Below, one piece after another: positions 49,803 through 52,356 of a stretch of 52,356 nucleotides of DNA; within the stretch, counting starts at the first letter, position 1, and each line of letters opens with the position of its first letter. The stretch lies in NCBI GenBank assembly GCA_030838045.1, contig JAUTXN010000137.1, positions 1-52,356 on the forward strand. Reading direction: 5' to 3'. The position numbers and the translations under genes are program-made. The notes beneath the pieces are model-generated. The model made no database searches and was not told the DNA's origin. It worked only from the letters and a program-made list of their open reading frames with translations. Source of the DNA: Acidimicrobiaceae bacterium. Lineage in GTDB: Bacteria > Actinomycetota > Acidimicrobiia > Acidimicrobiales > Palsa-688.

Positions 49803-50603
49803 TCAGCCGACGATGTATCTGGTCGGCACCATGCGCTGCTCGTCCTTCGGAGGGCGTTGGTAGGCCCGCTTCTGGCGCGGGGGCAGTTCGATCGCCACGT
49901 CGGTCGTGTGTTCATGAGGCACCATCGTGAGCAAGTGGCTGATCAGGTTCAGCCGGGCCGACCGCTTGTCGTCCGCCTCGACGACCCACCACGGCGACTC
50001 CTTGGTGTCGGTGTAGGCGAACATTTCGTCCTTGGCCTCGGAGTAGTCGACCCAGTGGGCACGCGCCTGGAGGTCATTGGTGCTCAGTTTCCACCGCTTG
50101 TGCGGATTGGCAATCCTCTGCTGAAACCTGCGCTCTTGTTCCTCATCGCTGACCGACAGCCAGTATTTGACGAGCACAATGCCGGAACGAATGAGCGACC
50201 GCTCGATCTGGGGACAGTCACGCATGAACTGTCCGTACTCCTCCTCCGTGCAGTAACCCATTACTCGCTCGACGCCGGCCCGGTTGTACCAACTCCGGTC
50301 GAAAAGGACAATCTCTCCGGCGGCGGGCAGATGCGCCAGATATCGCTGGAAGTACCACTGGGTCCGTTCTCGCTCGGTCGGAGCGGGGAGGGCCACCACT
50401 CGGCAAAACCGGGGGTTGAGGAATTCGGTCACCCGTTTGATCGTCCCGCCCTTGCCGGCGGTATCGCGCCCTTCGAAGAGCACGAGCATCCGCACCCCGT
50501 GACGCTGGATCCACTCCTGCATGTACAGCAATTCGATCTGGAGGCGCTCGAGTTCCTTTTCCGACTCCTTGCCGGAGAGGCGTTTCGGTGTGTCGGTGTC
50601 CAC
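49803..50603 (-). CDS. ppk2: polyphosphate kinase 2
   Basis: The P-loop is LVLFEGRDTAGKGGTIKR. Other motifs are FQRYLAHLP..GEIVLFDRSWYNRAGVERVMG, the lid region KYWLSVSDEEQERRFQQRI.NP.KRWKLS..D, and SPWWVVEADDKRSARLN. Confidence 0.92.
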   Translation of the reverse strand: MDTDTPKRLSGKESEKELERLQIELLYMQEWIQRHGVRMLVLFEGRDTAGKGGTIKRVTEFLNPRFCRVVALPAPTERERTQWYFQRYLAHLPAAGEIVLFDRSWYNRAGVERVMGYCTEEEYGQFMRDCPQIERSLIRSGIVLVKYWLSVSDEEQERRFQQRIANPHKRWKLSTNDLQARAHWVDYSEAKDEMFAYTDTKESPWWVVEADDKRSARLNLISHLLTMVPHEHTTDVAIELPPRQKRAYQRPPKDEQRMVPTRYIVG

Positions 50604-50613
50604 CCGACTCAGG

Positions 50614-50937
50614 TTACGCGGCGGTGCATTTCGGTGTCGTGAGAACCTTCACGCATTCGTCTCTGGCCACGGCTCCGAGCCAGGTCCCGACTCGGTCGGG
50701 CTGGCGGATCTTGCCCAGGTTGCGACCTAGCCGTATCCAAACCGTCGACTGGACTCGAGCCGCGTCTTCGACATTCAGCCGGTGGGCGGCGGTTATCGAC
50801 GAAACGAGATCGGAATAGCTGGCTACGAGCTCGTCCCACGCCTGGCAGTCGCCGTCGGCGGCTCCGATTACAAGTTCACCGATGTCGGTTCTCGGAGCCC
50901 CGTTTTTGGTCACAGTCGTTTGGTCCGGCGATCTCAT
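50614..50937 (-). pseudogene. ECF sigma factor truncated after region 2 (107 aa; no region 4)
   Basis: GDCQAWDELVASYSDLVSSITAAHRLNVEDAARVQSTVWIRLGRNLGKIRQPDRVGTWLGAVARDECVKVL is a complete sigma70_r2. The ORF then stops (TTPKCTAA*) 8 nt before the ppk2 ATG (50603), so there is no room for region 4 in any frame. Confidence 0.6.
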
Positions 50938-51100
50938 TTCGAGCCTCCAATCGTTGCCAATAGTGTTCGAGCGACGCCGGGTCGAGCCGGTTCATGTAAC
51001 AGAGCGTCGACGGCCCGGCTCTGATACATGCCGTCGCGGCCTCCGGTTCGCTCCTTTACTCCTGCCGCGTCCCCTTCACCGGTGAGGAATAATCGGCGCA

Positions 51101-52356
51101 GTGGCAACGTCCGCGGGGGACCGACCGTTCATCGGCCGGGCAGAGGAGATGGACCGCCTGGACGGTGCCCTCACCGGCACCGTGGCCGGTCAGGCCGCGA
51201 TCGTCGTCGTCGGCGGCGAGAGCGGGGTGGGCAAGACCCGCCTCGTGACCGAGTTCGTCAGCCACGCGCAAGCCCAAGGGGCAATCGTGCTCCTGGGTGG
51301 GTGCACCGACTTCGGGGAAAAGGGTCCGTCGTACTGGGCGGTCCTCGAGGCGCTGCGTCCGGCCTGGGGCCAAGTGGGGCTGGCCGAACCGGAGTCAGTC
51401 CTCCCGGCGATGCCGAGCGTCGGGCCGAGCGGGGGCCGGGCTCGGGCGGCCGAGCAGCCGTCAGCCGGCGCCATCCCACTGTTCGAGCTCATCCTGCGGG
51501 TGCTGCGCCGGCTGGCGGAGCGGGCACCGGTCGTGCTCGTCATCGAGGATGTCCATTGGGCCGATCGGTCGACGCGCGACCTCACGGCCTTCCTCCTGGC
51601 CAACCTCCACCAAGACCAGGTCATGACGATCTTGACCTACCGCAGCGAGGCGCTCGGACGGCGCCATTCGCTGCAGCCGCTACTGGCTGAGCTGCGCCGC
51701 AGCAGGCGGGCCGACTTCATCGATCTCCAGCCGTTCACGCGGACGGAGATGGTGGCTCAACTGCACGGAATCCTTGGTCGCCCGCCTGAAGAGGAACTGG
51801 TGAAGCTGACGTGGGACCGGTCGGACGGAAACGCCTTCTTCGCCGAGGAACTGGTGGCGGCGGTCGGGGAAGGCTACGGCCATGAACTCCCACCAACGCT
51901 GCGCCACATCCTGCTGTGCCGGATCGACGTGCTGCCCGAAACCGCCCGTCGGGTGCTGCGGTTCGCCGCGGTGGCGAGTGACGTCGTCACCTACCCTCTG
52001 TTGGCCGAGATCGCGGGCGTGCCCGACAGCGACCTGGTCGCGGCACTGCGCGACTGCGTCGAACATCAACTGCTGGCCGTCGACAGCGACGGAGGTACCT
52101 ACCGGTTCCGCCACAGCCTGCTCCAGGAGGTTCTCTACGAGGAACTGCTCCCGGGGGAGCGACAGATGCTCCATGCGGCCTATGGGCGGGCGCTGAGCAG
52201 GGGGCTGAACCGCCTCGACAGCGTGGCCGCGGCCAAGCTCGCGTACCACTGGTATGCCGCCGGCGATCCGGAGCGAGCGCTGGCGGCGGCAATCGAAGCG
52301 GCGGTGGCCGCGTCCGCCATGTACGGCTTCGCCGAGGCCCAGCGCCACTACGAGCG
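51101..52356 (+). CDS. large ATP-binding LuxR-family-type regulator, N-terminal AAA/STAND part (3' end beyond the window)
   Basis: This frame has no stop in the window, so it is absent from the track. From GTG 51101 it reads VATSAGDRPFIGRAEEMDRLDGAL...AAIVVVGGESGVGKTRLVTEF (Walker A), then PVVLVIEDVHWADRSTRDL (Walker B), LTYRSEAL and DGNAFFAEEL. TPR-like helices follow (AAKLAYHWYAAGDPERAL). Confidence 0.8.
   Translation, partial: MATSAGDRPFIGRAEEMDRLDGALTGTVAGQAAIVVVGGESGVGKTRLVTEFVSHAQAQGAIVLLGGCTDFGEKGPSYWAVLEALRPAWGQVGLAEPESVLPAMPSVGPSGGRARAAEQPSAGAIPLFELILRVLRRLAERAPVVLVIEDVHWADRSTRDLTAFLLANLHQDQVMTILTYRSEALGRRHSLQPLLAELRRSRRADFIDLQPFTRTEMVAQLHGILGRPPEEELVKLTWDRSDGNAFFAEELVAAVGEGYGHELPPTLRHILLCRIDVLPETARRVLRFAAVASDVVTYPLLAEIAGVPDSDLVAALRDCVEHQLLAVDSDGGTYRFRHSLLQEVLYEELLPGERQMLHAAYGRALSRGLNRLDSVAAAKLAYHWYAAGDPERALAAAIEAAVAASAMYGFAEAQRHYE

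Overview
This is a 52.4-kb segment of a high-GC chromosome, about 70% GC from hand counts of a few lines. Its gene families look actinobacterial (SARP, NnaR, DUF3097, ECF sigma with SnoaL tail, lipoproteins with LVGAC/LVAGGC lipoboxes). I call about 50 protein-coding genes, one cobalamin riboswitch, two hairpin terminators and several short tandem repeats. I found no rRNA, tRNA, CRISPR array, transposase, integrase or phage genes. Many long ORFs in the track are the off-frame or antisense artefacts usual in high-GC DNA and were discarded. The centrepiece is a tightly overlapping minus-strand operon, narK-nirB-nirD-(4Fe-4S/DmsC fusion)-(NasA/NarB-type molybdoenzyme), at 19074..27415. It is divergent from a HemD-winged-helix regulator (NnaR type). 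The DmsB-DmsC fusion as partner of an assimilatory-type nitrate reductase is the best candidate here for an undescribed electron-transfer arrangement. The shared narK/nnaR promoter holds six head-to-tail 11-bp repeats. Other points are listed below.
- There are phased tandem repeats in other intergenic spacers (10 x 12 bp, 4 x 8 bp with 33-bp flanks, 7 x 7-8 bp) and in-frame 12-bp repeats inside nirB and the Fe-S gene.
- Two near-perfect palindromes lie upstream of a pabB-pabC fusion gene.
- There is local gene decay: a frameshifted VOC gene, a frameshifted and truncated GT2 gene, an N-terminal stub of an epimerase, a region-2-only ECF sigma, and a short MerR.
- A ppk2 gene of visibly lower GC is wedged between the sigma stub and a cobalamin riboswitch-cobT unit.
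All family assignments come from motif recognition by eye or memory and need HMM/BLAST confirmation. Start codons are often ambiguous.
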